64,000 bases of DNA from Lachnospiraceae bacterium (GCA_017455435.1 JAFTAU010000038.1:2284-66283), one strand, 5' to 3'; numbered from the stretch's first letter, positions 8,715 to 18,445 are shown. Notes: generated by a model not told the origin, from the letters alone. Program-made: numbers and translations.

Positions 8715-9117
8715 GCCCCGCCCGTTTTTGACGCAAACTTGAAAATTTTTTATCGCACGAACATATACGCTTCGAAGCTTGCGCCTGTGCTGTCAGCGAA
8801 GCCCTACGGGCTCCGGCACGCTTGCCTCCGCCCGATGCCTTCGGACAGCGTTACGCCGCAATCTTCTCGCTAATGTCTTAATGCGAAAAAAATTTTAAGT
8901 TGTGCTATGCGGGCGGGGCAGGTTTCCTCGAGGCCGGCCCTCGTGCTACCTCAAGGCGGGATCCGAAGGCCGCCGGCGCTTAACGAATTCGAGCGTAAGC
9001 GATGAATGAGTTTAGCGTCCGCTGCGTGACTGAGATAGCGAGAGCGTCCCGCCGGAGGTTCACGAGGGTCAGGCCGGAACAGACACATCCCTCGTTTGCG
9101 TCAAAAGAGGGCGGGGC
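8715..9117. repeat. ~400-bp GC-rich non-coding element bounded by 24-nt imperfect inverted termini; MITE-like or structured RNA
   Basis: Left end is GCCCCGCCCGTTTTTGACGCAAAC (8715-8738). The reverse complement of the right end (9094-9117) is GCCCCGCCCTCTTTTGACGCAAAC, matching at 22/24. Internal long stems lie at 8789-8849 and at 8934-8961 paired with 9047-9077. Confidence 0.45.
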
Positions 9118-9184
9118 GTGAATAGTGCCAAAAACAGCCAAAAACAGGCGGGGCGTAAATAACAGAGACAGACTTAAAACAATC

Positions 9185-9193
9185 TGGTATAAT
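9185..9193 (+). promoter_or_regulatory. Extended -10 element (TGGTATAAT) of the likely rha operon promoter
   Basis: TGnTATAAT read directly, ~37 bp upstream of the rhaD ATG. GGAAGAGGAG RBS follows. Confidence 0.4.
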
Positions 9194-9229
9194 CCGGATA
9201 AAGAATAAATACAAGGAAGAGGAGACAAC

Positions 9230-10042
9230 ATGAAAGACATCCTTACAGCACCTTACATGGTGGAAATGATCCGTACCGTGACAAACATGTACAATCACGG
9301 CTGGGACGAAAGAAACGGCGGAAATGTTTCCATGCTTCTGGACGAAGCAGACGTCGCGGAATATCTCGACACCGAAACCGCGATACGCGAAATCAAAACA
9401 GGATTTTCCGCTCCGCAGCTCGACGGAAAATACTTCCTCGTCACCGGCACGGGCAAATATTTCAAAAATGTGCAGTATGAGCCAGAGATAAATCTCGGAA
9501 TTGTACGCCTTACCGACGGCGGCGAGACCGCCCGCCTTCTTTGGGGCTTTTCGGACGGCGGAAACTTCACCTCGGAATTTCCCGCGCACATGATGAGTCA
9601 CGCGGCGCGTCTTTCCGTTGACCCGGAAAACCGCATAATCATGCACTGCCATCCCTCAAACCTTCTGGCTATGACATACGTCCACACACTCGACGAAAGA
9701 GAATTCACCCGTACGCTCTGGCGCATGAGCACAGAGTGCATCGTGGTATTCCCGGAAGGCGTAAACGTGCTTCCCTGGATGGTCTGCGGCACGAATGAGA
9801 TAGGAGAGGCTACCGCTGAAAAAATGCTCACCGCCAGGCTTGTGGTCTGGGCGCAGCACGGCATTTACGGCTGCGGACGTACTCTGGACGAGGCCTTCGG
9901 TCTGATAGAGACCGCGGAAAAAGGCGCCGAGATATATATGAAGATAGCGCACCTGCCGATTCTGAATACAATCACCGACGAAGACCTGCATAAGCTCGAG
10001 GAAAGATTCGGCCAGAAAGGACGCGAGGGTTATCTCGATTAA
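9230..10042 (+). CDS. rhaD: Rhamnulose-1-phosphate aldolase
   Basis: N-terminus ...MYNHGWDERNGGNVS... and class II aldolase His motifs (HCHP). 270 aa. Followed by rhaB and rhaA. Confidence 0.85.
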   Translation: MKDILTAPYMVEMIRTVTNMYNHGWDERNGGNVSMLLDEADVAEYLDTETAIREIKTGFSAPQLDGKYFLVTGTGKYFKNVQYEPEINLGIVRLTDGGETARLLWGFSDGGNFTSEFPAHMMSHAARLSVDPENRIIMHCHPSNLLAMTYVHTLDEREFTRTLWRMSTECIVVFPEGVNVLPWMVCGTNEIGEATAEKMLTARLVVWAQHGIYGCGRTLDEAFGLIETAEKGAEIYMKIAHLPILNTITDEDLHKLEERFGQKGREGYLD

Positions 10043-10059
10043 CGAAAGGCTTTACTGCT

Positions 10060-11340
10060 ATGAATTATTACATTGCTGTTGATATCGGCGCTTCTTCCGG
10101 CAGACATATTGTGGGCTGGAAGGAAAACGGAGAGATCCGCACCGATGAGGTTTACAGATTTCCGAACGGGGTAAAGTCCGAGGACGGACATCTGGTCTGG
10201 GACACTGAGGCGCTGCTTGGGCATATCAAAACCGGCATAGAAGAAGCGCGAAAGAAATACAAAAACATCCGCAGCCTGGCGATAGACACCTGGGGCGTAG
10301 ACTATGTGCTGCTGCGCGGCGATGAGCCGGTGATGCCGGTTTATGCCTACCGCGACGGCAGAACGGCCGAGGCGATAGAAAGAGTTCACGGGATTATACC
10401 CTTTGCGGAGCTTTACCGCCGCACCGGATGCCAGTTTCAGACGTTTACCAGTATTTATCAGCTTTACGCGGACAAAATGGCGGGACGCCTTGAAGGCGTG
10501 ACCGATTTTCTGATGCTGCCGGAGTATTTTTCCTACAGACTTTGCGGCGTAAAGGCAAAAGAGTACACGGACGCTACCACCACCGGTCTGATGGATGCGG
10601 CATCGGGCCGTTTTGACAATGAAATCGTCACGGCGTTGGGTTTTCCGAAAGAGCTTTTCACGGACACCGTGCAGCCGGGAACGCGCATCGGCTCTTACGA
10701 GGGAATCGACGTTATTCTTTGCGCCACCCATGACACGGCTTCCGCCGTGGAGGGCATTCCCATGACGGAAGAAGCTCCCTATATTTCCAGCGGCACATGG
10801 TCCCTGATGGGAGTTAAGACAGCGGCGCCGGTTTTGTCGGAGCAGGCCGCTGCCGCAAACTGGTCGAACGAGGGCGGCGTGGGCTATAACCGCTTCCAGA
10901 AAAACATCATGGGGATGTGGATTATAAACGAGCTTCGCAGAGAGCTTTGCCCGGACGCTCCTTTCGGAACCATAGTGGACGAGGCAAAGGCCAGCAACTG
11001 CCGAGTTATTCTGAGCGTCAATTCTCCGGAGTTTTTCTCACCGGAAAGCATGAAAACGGTGTTCGATAAAAAATCGGGACACCTTCTGCAGACCCCCGGC
11101 GATTATTTCAAATGCGCCTACCGCTCGCTGGCGGACTGCTACTCCACCGCATTGGACGAGCTCGGACAGCTGCTTTCGAGGTCATTTGGCAAAATATATA
11201 TCGTGGGCGGCGGCGCCAAAAACACATTTCTTAACGACCTTACCGCCGAAGCCACCGGAAAACAGGTGATTGCCCTCCCGATAGAAGCAACCGCGCTGGG
11301 CAATCTCAAAGTACAGATGCATTCTGAGGAGAAAAAATAA
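10060..11340 (+). CDS. rhaB: Rhamnulokinase (FGGY family)
   Basis: YIAVDIGASSGRHIVG N-terminus and IVGGGAKN near the C-terminus. Positioned between rhaD and rhaA. Confidence 0.85.
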   Translation: MNYYIAVDIGASSGRHIVGWKENGEIRTDEVYRFPNGVKSEDGHLVWDTEALLGHIKTGIEEARKKYKNIRSLAIDTWGVDYVLLRGDEPVMPVYAYRDGRTAEAIERVHGIIPFAELYRRTGCQFQTFTSIYQLYADKMAGRLEGVTDFLMLPEYFSYRLCGVKAKEYTDATTTGLMDAASGRFDNEIVTALGFPKELFTDTVQPGTRIGSYEGIDVILCATHDTASAVEGIPMTEEAPYISSGTWSLMGVKTAAPVLSEQAAAANWSNEGGVGYNRFQKNIMGMWIINELRRELCPDAPFGTIVDEAKASNCRVILSVNSPEFFSPESMKTVFDKKSGHLLQTPGDYFKCAYRSLADCYSTALDELGQLLSRSFGKIYIVGGGAKNTFLNDLTAEATGKQVIALPIEATALGNLKVQMHSEEKK

Positions 11341-12596
11341 TGAGCTATATCGAAGCGAGAGAAAAATATGCAGCTCTCGGAATAGATACCGATGCCGCCA
11401 TAAAAAAACTGAGCACCGTGCCGGTTAGTCTGCACTGCTGGCAGGGCGATGACGTGAGAGGCTTTGACACCGACCCGAGCAAGCCACTGACCGGAGGCAT
11501 CCAGACCACGGGAAATTATCCGGGCCGCGCAAGGACTCCTCAGGAGCTTATGCAGGATATCGACGAAGTTCTGAAACTCATTCCCGGTCGTCCAAAGCTG
11601 AATCTTCACGCGAATTACGCGATTTTCGAGGAAGGAGACTGGGCTGACCGCGACAAGCTGGAGCCCCGCCACTTTGCAAAATGGGTTGAATTCTGCAAAG
11701 AAAGAGGCCTCGGCTGTGATTTCAACCCCACCTTCTTTTCACACCCCATGTGCGATCCGCTGACGCTCTCGAGCCCTGACGAAAAGACCCGCCGCTTCTG
11801 GATTGAGCACGGCAAAGCGTCTATCCGCATTTCAAAATATCTCGCAGAGGAGCTCGGCGAAACCTGTGTCATGAATATCTGGACAGGGGACGGACTGAAG
11901 GATATTCCGGCGGATCGCCTCGGCCCGCGCGAGAGATACCGCGATTCGATAGACGAGATTCTTTCCGAGCCGTTTGATTTTTCGCAGGTAAAACCCTGCG
12001 TGGAGAGCAAGGTTTTCGGCATCGGTGTAGAAGCCTATACCGTAGGCTCCGCCGAATTTGCGCTTAATTACGCCGCCACGAACAAGGACCGCTGCATTCC
12101 TCTCATGGACAACGGTCACTATCACCCCACCGAGGTCGTTTCCGACAAGATTCCGGCGCTGCTGGCGTTCTTCCCGGAGATTGCGCTCCATATCACGCGC
12201 CCCATCCGCTGGGACAGCGACCACGTGGTTCTTTTCGATGACGAAACCAGGGAAATTGCCAGAGAAATAGTACGTACAGGCGGACTCGACGGAAGAGTGC
12301 ACATCGCCCTTGATTTCTTCGACGCCTCAATAAACCGTATCAGTGCGTGGGTGACCGGCTTCAGAAACCTTCAAAAGGCGCTGCTTTTCGCACTTCTTCA
12401 GCCTAACGCGGAGTTGAAGCGTCTTCAGGACGAAGGCAATTTCACAAAGCTTATGGTCGCTCAGGAAGAGCTCAAGACCATGCCTTTCGGAGAGGTCTGG
12501 AACGAATACTGCCGTTTCTGCGGCAAGCCCGCGGACGGAGAGTGGTTCCCTTGTATTGAGGAATACGAAAAAAAGAATCTTTCCGGGCGGAATTGA
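11340..12596 (+). CDS. rhaA: L-rhamnose isomerase
   Basis: Motif SLHCWQGDDV.GF in a 418-aa protein. Its start overlaps the rhaB stop (TAATG). Confidence 0.9.
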   Translation: MSYIEAREKYAALGIDTDAAIKKLSTVPVSLHCWQGDDVRGFDTDPSKPLTGGIQTTGNYPGRARTPQELMQDIDEVLKLIPGRPKLNLHANYAIFEEGDWADRDKLEPRHFAKWVEFCKERGLGCDFNPTFFSHPMCDPLTLSSPDEKTRRFWIEHGKASIRISKYLAEELGETCVMNIWTGDGLKDIPADRLGPRERYRDSIDEILSEPFDFSQVKPCVESKVFGIGVEAYTVGSAEFALNYAATNKDRCIPLMDNGHYHPTEVVSDKIPALLAFFPEIALHITRPIRWDSDHVVLFDDETREIAREIVRTGGLDGRVHIALDFFDASINRISAWVTGFRNLQKALLFALLQPNAELKRLQDEGNFTKLMVAQEELKTMPFGEVWNEYCRFCGKPADGEWFPCIEEYEKKNLSGRN

Positions 12597-12636
12597 AGGC
12601 AATAATTATTTGAAAGAAATACTTCATTCAGCGTCG

Positions 12637-12669
12637 TAAAACCCCGGGGGTCGCTCCCCGGGTTTTTTA
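12637..12669 (+). terminator. Rho-independent terminator after rhaA
   Basis: AAAACCCCGGGG-loop-CCCCGGGTTTTTT. Confidence 0.75.
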
Positions 12670-12765
12670 TGCACCCGGCAAAGGCGGACTCAAACCCCTT
12701 GATTTTACCTGCCCGAAATAGTAAACTTTATAAAGACTAAAAACGCTTAGGCGAAAGGAGATACC

Positions 12766-13761
12766 ATGAATTTTATTGATGGAGTAAAAGCAAGAGCAAA
12801 AGCAGACAAAAAAACGATCATTCTGCCGGAGTCCATGGACGCGCGCACCTATGAGGCGGCGGTAAAGGTAATGAAGGAGGGCTTCGCGAACCTCATCATG
12901 ATTGCCACCGAAAAGGAACTGAGTGAATACGGAAAAGACTACGATCTGACCGGCATCACCATTGTGGATCCCACCACCGATCCCAGGACACAGGGCTACA
13001 TTGATAAGCTCGTCGAGCTTCGCAGCGCAAAAGGCATGACCGCGGAGCAGGCCACCGATATTCTCATGAATGATTATACATATTACGGCGTAATGATGGT
13101 TAAGATGGGCGACGCGGACGGCCTCGTATCCGGCGCGTGCCATTCCACCGCCAATACGCTTCGCCCCTGCCTTCAGGTTCTGAAGACAAAGCCCGGCACA
13201 AAGCTCGTATCCGCGTTCTTTATTATGGTTGTTCCGGATTGTGAGTACGGCGAGGAAGGTACCTTCGTTTTCGCGGATTGCGGCCTTTGCCAGGACCCGA
13301 ATTCCGATGAGCTGGCGTCGATAGCCGCCGCTTCGGCCGATTCCTTTAAAGCGCTCGTGGGAGCTCAGCCTAAGGTCGCGTTCCTGAGCCATTCCTCAAA
13401 GGGCAGCGCGAAGCACGCGCTGGTAGACAAGGTCACCGCTGCCGTGGCAGCCGCTAAAGAGCAGTTCCCCGACATGGTCTGTGACGGTGAGCTTCAGCTT
13501 GACGCGGCCATAGTTCCGTCGGTCGGCGCTTCAAAGGCTCCGGGCAGCCCTGTCGCCGGACAGGCCAACGTCCTGATTTTCCCGAACCTCGATGCCGGAA
13601 ACATCGGCTACAAGCTCGTTCAGAGACTTGCGAAGGCGGAGGCCTACGGTCCCATGACGCAGGGCATCGCCGCTCCCGTCAATGACCTGAGCCGCGGTTG
13701 CTCGGCGGACGACATAGTGGGCGTCGTCGCCATTACGGCCGTTCAGTGCCAGATGCAGTAA
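12766..13761 (+). CDS. pta: Phosphate acetyltransferase
   Basis: Motifs KTIILPES.D.R...A, GLVSGA.HST..T and P.NDLSRG in a 331-aa Pta-type protein. Confidence 0.9.
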   Translation: MNFIDGVKARAKADKKTIILPESMDARTYEAAVKVMKEGFANLIMIATEKELSEYGKDYDLTGITIVDPTTDPRTQGYIDKLVELRSAKGMTAEQATDILMNDYTYYGVMMVKMGDADGLVSGACHSTANTLRPCLQVLKTKPGTKLVSAFFIMVVPDCEYGEEGTFVFADCGLCQDPNSDELASIAAASADSFKALVGAQPKVAFLSHSSKGSAKHALVDKVTAAVAAAKEQFPDMVCDGELQLDAAIVPSVGASKAPGSPVAGQANVLIFPNLDAGNIGYKLVQRLAKAEAYGPMTQGIAAPVNDLSRGCSADDIVGVVAITAVQCQMQ

Positions 13762-13775
13762 ACCGTAACAAACAA

Positions 13776-13811
13776 AGGGTCTCTTCCGCTGATGGAAGAG
13801 GCTCTTTTTTT
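13776..13811 (+). terminator. Rho-independent terminator after pta
   Basis: Stem CTCTTCC/GGAAGAG (extended imperfectly), followed by TTTTTTT. Confidence 0.65.
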
Positions 13812-13900
13812 AGAAGAAAAAACCGAAAGCGAAAAAACCGTTTTTGTTGTATAATGATAGACAAAGACGCTAGAAAAAGCTAAAAGGAAAGGTATCTACA

Positions 13901-15448
13901 ATGGCGGAAATTTTATACAGAAGCACAAGAAGCGAAAACGAAGAGTTTTCCCCGAGCAGTGCGCTGCTCAAAGGTCTGGCGCCGGACGGAGGGCTTTTTG
14001 TCCCTACGGTTATGCCCACTTTTGCCGACATAGCGGCAAACATGGCGGCAGAGGGGCTGACGGATGGCGCTGGGGAGAGTACGGCAAAAACTCTCGAAAA
14101 CCTGACGAAGCTCGGTTATAAGGACGTGGCATATCAGGTGCTGCGCGTTTTCCTGACCGATTACACCGCGGAAGAAATCAGAGACTGCGTCGAAAAAGCC
14201 TACGACAGCAAATTTGACACACCCGAGATTGCGCCGGTGGTATCCAAAGACGGCAAATATTACCTCGAATTATTCCACGGCGCCACGATTGCGTTTAAAG
14301 ATATGGCGCTTTCCATACTGCCGCACTTGATGACGGCGGCGGCCCGCAAAAACGGCGTCAAGGATGAAATCGTCATTCTGACCGCCACCTCCGGCGACAC
14401 CGGAAAAGCGGCTCTCGCGGGTTTTGCCGATGTGCCCGGGACAAAGATTATAGTCTTTTATCCAAAACACGGCGTCAGCCCGGTACAGGAAAAACAGATG
14501 GTCACGCAGCGCGGCGAAAATGTAAAAGTTGTGGGAATAGAGGGCAATTTTGACGACGCCCAGAACGGCGTCAAGGCTATGTTCTCTGACCGTATGCTGG
14601 AGGCGCTACTGGCGGACAAGGGCTATCGCTTTTCTTCCGCCAATTCCATAAACATCGGCAGGCTTGTTCCTCAGATAGCGTATTATATATGGGCATACCT
14701 GCGCCTCGCCGCGTCCGGAGCTATCTGTATCGGCGATGAGATAAACGTCACCGTTCCCACCGGCAATTTCGGAAATATCCTGGCCGGATACTACGCAAAA
14801 CGGATGGGGCTTCCGATCAGGACGCTCGTTTGCGCGTCCAATGAAAACAAAGTCCTGTACGACTTTTTCGGCAGCGGAACATATAACAAAAACAGAGAAT
14901 TCAAGCTTACCAGCTCTCCGTCTATGGACATTCTCATCAGCTCAAATCTCGAAAGACTGATATTTGAGTCGGTGGGCTCCGGCGCAAAGCGCTGCGACGA
15001 GTTGATGACGGCGCTGAAAGGCGGCGGAAAGTACACGCTCACCCCGGCGGAGATGTCGCGCTTTTCCTGCTTTGCCTCCGGATGGACGGACGAAGAGGGC
15101 ACGGCGCGAGAGATAGAGCGGGTTTACAAAAACTCAGGCTATATCATCGACACCCATACAGCCGTGGCTTCCGCCGTGGCGAAAGAATACGCGGCAGGAG
15201 AGGGCGCAGGCATCCCGATGCTGGTAGTTTCCACCGCTTCGCCGTACAAGTTTACCCGCAGCGTGCTGACATCAATAGATGCGAAATACGCCGATATGGA
15301 GGATTTCGCGCTTGCGGATGAACTGTCCGCGCTCTCGGGGGTTCCGGTTCCGCCGGCTATAGAATCGCTGCGCACGGCTCCGGTGCTGCATGATACAGTC
15401 TGCGGCGTTTCCAATATGCGCGACGCCGTACTGGAATTTTTAAATTAA
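13901..15448 (+). CDS. thrC: Threonine synthase (long form)
   Basis: N-terminal YRSTR, PLP-lysine region LFHG.T.AFKD.A, and TSGDTGKAA. 515 aa. Confidence 0.9.
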   Translation: MAEILYRSTRSENEEFSPSSALLKGLAPDGGLFVPTVMPTFADIAANMAAEGLTDGAGESTAKTLENLTKLGYKDVAYQVLRVFLTDYTAEEIRDCVEKAYDSKFDTPEIAPVVSKDGKYYLELFHGATIAFKDMALSILPHLMTAAARKNGVKDEIVILTATSGDTGKAALAGFADVPGTKIIVFYPKHGVSPVQEKQMVTQRGENVKVVGIEGNFDDAQNGVKAMFSDRMLEALLADKGYRFSSANSINIGRLVPQIAYYIWAYLRLAASGAICIGDEINVTVPTGNFGNILAGYYAKRMGLPIRTLVCASNENKVLYDFFGSGTYNKNREFKLTSSPSMDILISSNLERLIFESVGSGAKRCDELMTALKGGGKYTLTPAEMSRFSCFASGWTDEEGTAREIERVYKNSGYIIDTHTAVASAVAKEYAAGEGAGIPMLVVSTASPYKFTRSVLTSIDAKYADMEDFALADELSALSGVPVPPAIESLRTAPVLHDTVCGVSNMRDAVLEFLN

Positions 15449-15924
15449 TGAAGAGAAAAGTCCTGACAATCCTTTTTATTCTGACGCTCGGTTTTATCTG
15501 GGGACACTCCATGATGCCGACGTCAGCCTCGGCCGCCGAATCGGGAGGCCTTTTGGAACTAATCAGGCCTTTTCTGGAATTTTTTGTGGGAAAGGGCAAC
15601 GCTGACGATCACCTGATCAGAAAGCTCGCCCATCTGGCCGAATACTTCGCGCTCGGAACGGAAACGGCGCTTTTTGTCGTGGCGGAATGGATGAATTACC
15701 GCGCAAGGAGGCAGCATATGCTTCCGGAGAGCATTCTCAAAAAAGCTCTTTTATCCGAGGCGTTTGTTTTTTACGTCGCGTTTCTGGACGAGTCTATACA
15801 GATGATAGTCGGCAGAGGACCTCTGATAGAGGACGTATGGCTGGATCTGGCCGGGGGTCTTATCGGCGTGGGACTCGTTTCACTTCTGACGGCCCTTTCT
15901 CACAGGAAAAAACAGGATGGATAA
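15448..15924 (+). CDS. VanZ-family membrane protein
   Basis: Small 4-TM protein with the motif D...RK.AH...Y..LG typical of VanZ-like proteins. Its ATG overlaps the thrC stop. Confidence 0.6.
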   Translation: MKRKVLTILFILTLGFIWGHSMMPTSASAAESGGLLELIRPFLEFFVGKGNADDHLIRKLAHLAEYFALGTETALFVVAEWMNYRARRQHMLPESILKKALLSEAFVFYVAFLDESIQMIVGRGPLIEDVWLDLAGGLIGVGLVSLLTALSHRKKQDG

Positions 15925-16987
15925 TGTGATAAAAAGACCTCGAAAGAGCAAAACAAAAAAGATTGTCTTTATTATCTTGTTTATAGCCCTGAATGCCGTT
16001 GTTCTCTATTTTACGGCAAAGGCGGATTTTTCAAAAAATCTTCCGGATTATCCCGGGACTCCGTTCGGAATTAAAAATATACTGTTTATGCTGGGCGCAC
16101 TGCTCTGCGTGGGAGCTGTTCTGGGCGCGGAAACAGTCAAATATCTGATGATGATGCGGCACCTGGGAGAAAAAGTCTCGCCGCGGGTCGCCTTTGAGAC
16201 CGCCGCCCTGGGCAAGTATTATGACAATATTACCCCTTCCGGCGCGGGTGGACAGCCGTTTCAGATATGGTACATCCATTCAAAGGGCTATTCCTCGGGC
16301 GCGTCGGCGGCCATGCCGCTGGGCGGTTTTATTACTATGCAGTTTGGCTTTGCTTTTCTGGCGCTGCTGGTTTTTGTTTTCGGCGGCGGCGCGGTGGGCG
16401 CGGTACCTATAAAAATCGCCGCTTATGTCGGCGCGCTGTTTTATCTTATCGTTCCGCTGATGATAGTAATTACGGCCGTTTCGCCGCGGCTGTCCGGAAA
16501 GATCGCTTCATTTATTATAAAGGCCGGCGGAAAGCTTCGTATTTTTAAAAATCCCGAAAGGAAAATCCAAAAGGCCGGAGAGGCTCTGGCAAATTATTCC
16601 GAGAGCCTCAAAAAAATAGCGAAAAGCAGGATGCTGCTCGTAAAGCTTTTTGTTCTGTCCGTGATTTTCCACGTGGCCATGTGTTCGCTGCCGTTTTTTG
16701 TGCTCCATATATTCGGCGCGAATATAGGTTTTTTTGAATCGCTGGCGATGTGCGTTTTTGTCTACGCGTCCATTACCATCGTTCCCACGCCCGGCAATTC
16801 CGGCGCGGCAGAGGGCTCGTTTTACATTCTTTTCAGTCGCCTTGACACCGCCGGCCTGTTCTGGGCTATGCTGGTGTGGCGTTTTCTTTGTTACTATACG
16901 TTCATTCTGATAGGTCTGGGGATTTACGGCTACGGTTCAGCTGAAAAGCTGCTGAAGAAAAAGAAGGGAGCCGAAAATGAAACCTGA
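15917..16987 (+). CDS. Flippase-like / lysyl-PG-synthase TM-region (UPF0104) family membrane protein
   Basis: Polytopic membrane protein of ~8 TM with a basic N-terminus and a PGNSGAAEG motif. Overlaps both neighbouring genes. Confidence 0.5.
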   Translation: MDNVIKRPRKSKTKKIVFIILFIALNAVVLYFTAKADFSKNLPDYPGTPFGIKNILFMLGALLCVGAVLGAETVKYLMMMRHLGEKVSPRVAFETAALGKYYDNITPSGAGGQPFQIWYIHSKGYSSGASAAMPLGGFITMQFGFAFLALLVFVFGGGAVGAVPIKIAAYVGALFYLIVPLMIVITAVSPRLSGKIASFIIKAGGKLRIFKNPERKIQKAGEALANYSESLKKIAKSRMLLVKLFVLSVIFHVAMCSLPFFVLHIFGANIGFFESLAMCVFVYASITIVPTPGNSGAAEGSFYILFSRLDTAGLFWAMLVWRFLCYYTFILIGLGIYGYGSAEKLLKKKKGAENET

Positions 16988-18170
16988 CAAGATACGTTCG
17001 GTACAATTTATTGACGCATTTTTTCCTACGGTAGACGGCGTTATTCAGACGGTACACAATTACGCGAGCATTTTGAACAGGAATTCTTTCTCCTGCGTTG
17101 TAGCGCCCAGAGGAAAGACGCCGTATCGGGGTGCTGATCTGCCGTACAAGGTAATGTGGACCTCGTCCATGAATCTCTCGGTGGCGGAATACCGCCTGCC
17201 GACACCCGGGCTGGACAAAAATCTCAACACTTTTCTGAATATCATACGCCCCGACATTTTTCACGCGCACACACCCTTCAATGAAGGCAAATTTGCCGTA
17301 AGGTACGCGAAAAAGCTGGGCATTCCATGTATAGCCACATTTCATTCCAAGTATTATGACGACGTGATGCACATCATCGGCTCAAAGCCCATCGCAAAGA
17401 TGGTTGTCGCCGATATCGTCAATCTCTACAAGCGCATGGACAGTGTATGGGCCTGCTCTGATGGTACGGCCGAAACGCTGCGCAGCTACGGCTACAATGG
17501 CGACATTTTTATCATGGACAATGGCTCGTCCTTTGAGATTCCGCGTGAGAAATGGCCGCGTTTAAAAGAAAAGGCCGCGCACCTTTATGGCATCAATCCG
17601 GGCAAAAAAAATATCCTGTTCGTAGGACATCTTATCTGGCATAAAAATCTAAAGCTTATTCTGGATGCTTTCAGGGAGCTGACAAGTGACAGTGACGATT
17701 ACAGGCTGATAATAGCCGGAGAGGGCTACGACGGTGAAGCTATAAAAGCTTATGCCGGGGATCTCAGGCTGCCGCCCGGGTCGGTGCGTTTCATCGGAAA
17801 GGTTTCGGACAGGGAGCTGCTGGGCGGTATATATCTGAACGGAGATATTTTCTTTTTCCCGTCTGTCTATGACAATTCGCCCCTGGTGGTCAGAGAAGCC
17901 GCTTCCATGGGGGTGCCTTCGCTGCTGACCGAAGAGTCAAACGCAGCGGAAGCCGTGGTGAAGGATGTTTCCGGCTTTACAGCCGCGGAAAACACTGAGG
18001 CAATGTGCGCCGAGCTGCGACGGATACTGACAGACGACGCCCTCCGCGCGCGCGTTGCGGCACGGGCCGAGATTGACATTCCTCAATCCTGGGAAGAAAT
18101 AGTGGAACGCGTCAGATACAAATACGCGGAAGTGATAGACGAGTACAATTTCCGGCATAAAAAAGGGTAG
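16977..18170 (+). CDS. Glycosyltransferase, GT4 family (GT-B fold)
   Basis: C-terminal pattern F.FPS.Y...PLVV.EA...G.P (E-X7-E-like region). 397 aa. Confidence 0.8.
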   Translation: MKPDKIRSVQFIDAFFPTVDGVIQTVHNYASILNRNSFSCVVAPRGKTPYRGADLPYKVMWTSSMNLSVAEYRLPTPGLDKNLNTFLNIIRPDIFHAHTPFNEGKFAVRYAKKLGIPCIATFHSKYYDDVMHIIGSKPIAKMVVADIVNLYKRMDSVWACSDGTAETLRSYGYNGDIFIMDNGSSFEIPREKWPRLKEKAAHLYGINPGKKNILFVGHLIWHKNLKLILDAFRELTSDSDDYRLIIAGEGYDGEAIKAYAGDLRLPPGSVRFIGKVSDRELLGGIYLNGDIFFFPSVYDNSPLVVREAASMGVPSLLTEESNAAEAVVKDVSGFTAAENTEAMCAELRRILTDDALRARVAARAEIDIPQSWEEIVERVRYKYAEVIDEYNFRHKKG

Positions 18171-18171
18171 C

Positions 18172-18198
18172 GAAAACACAAGGGGACTGTCCCTTTGT
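18172..18198 (+). repeat. Post-stop hairpin GAAAACACAAGGGGACTGTCCCTTTGTG, related to the hairpins at 49161 and 50290
   Basis: Starts 2 nt after the TAG stop of the GT4 gene. Same architecture, and most bases, as GAAACACACGGGGACAGTCCCCGTGTG. Confidence 0.55.
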
Positions 18199-18320
18199 GA
18201 TTGCTCCTTTGTGTTTTGCGACGATTATCGTCAAACTCTCATGCCTGCTTTTTGACTGATTCATAGCTACAGTCAATTAAGGGAAAAAAGCCTTGCGCAT
18301 AGTTGTTGATTTGGCTCATT

Positions 18321-18380
18321 GTTAGTCTGCGCATTATTGTACATATTGTGGTTAGTTTGCGCACTGCTGTATATATCACT
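18321..18380. repeat. Tandem imperfect 30-mer duplication
   Basis: GTTAGTCTGCGCATTATTGTACATATTGTG is followed directly by GTTAGTTTGCGCACTGCTGTATATATCACT. Confidence 0.6.
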
Positions 18381-18445
18381 CGCCCGGCATTATCCCACGC
18401 AACTATTCGTTAAAGTAAGGCGTTTTATAAAAAGCAAATATATTC

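Noticed and set aside
8631-9652. Short ORFs inside or overlapping the GC-rich element (8631..8873 +, 8980..9240 -, 9101..9652 -)
   Set aside because: They are mutually overlapping, have no RBS, are Arg/Pro/Ser-rich as expected from GC-rich non-coding DNA, and the last one runs antisense into rhaD.
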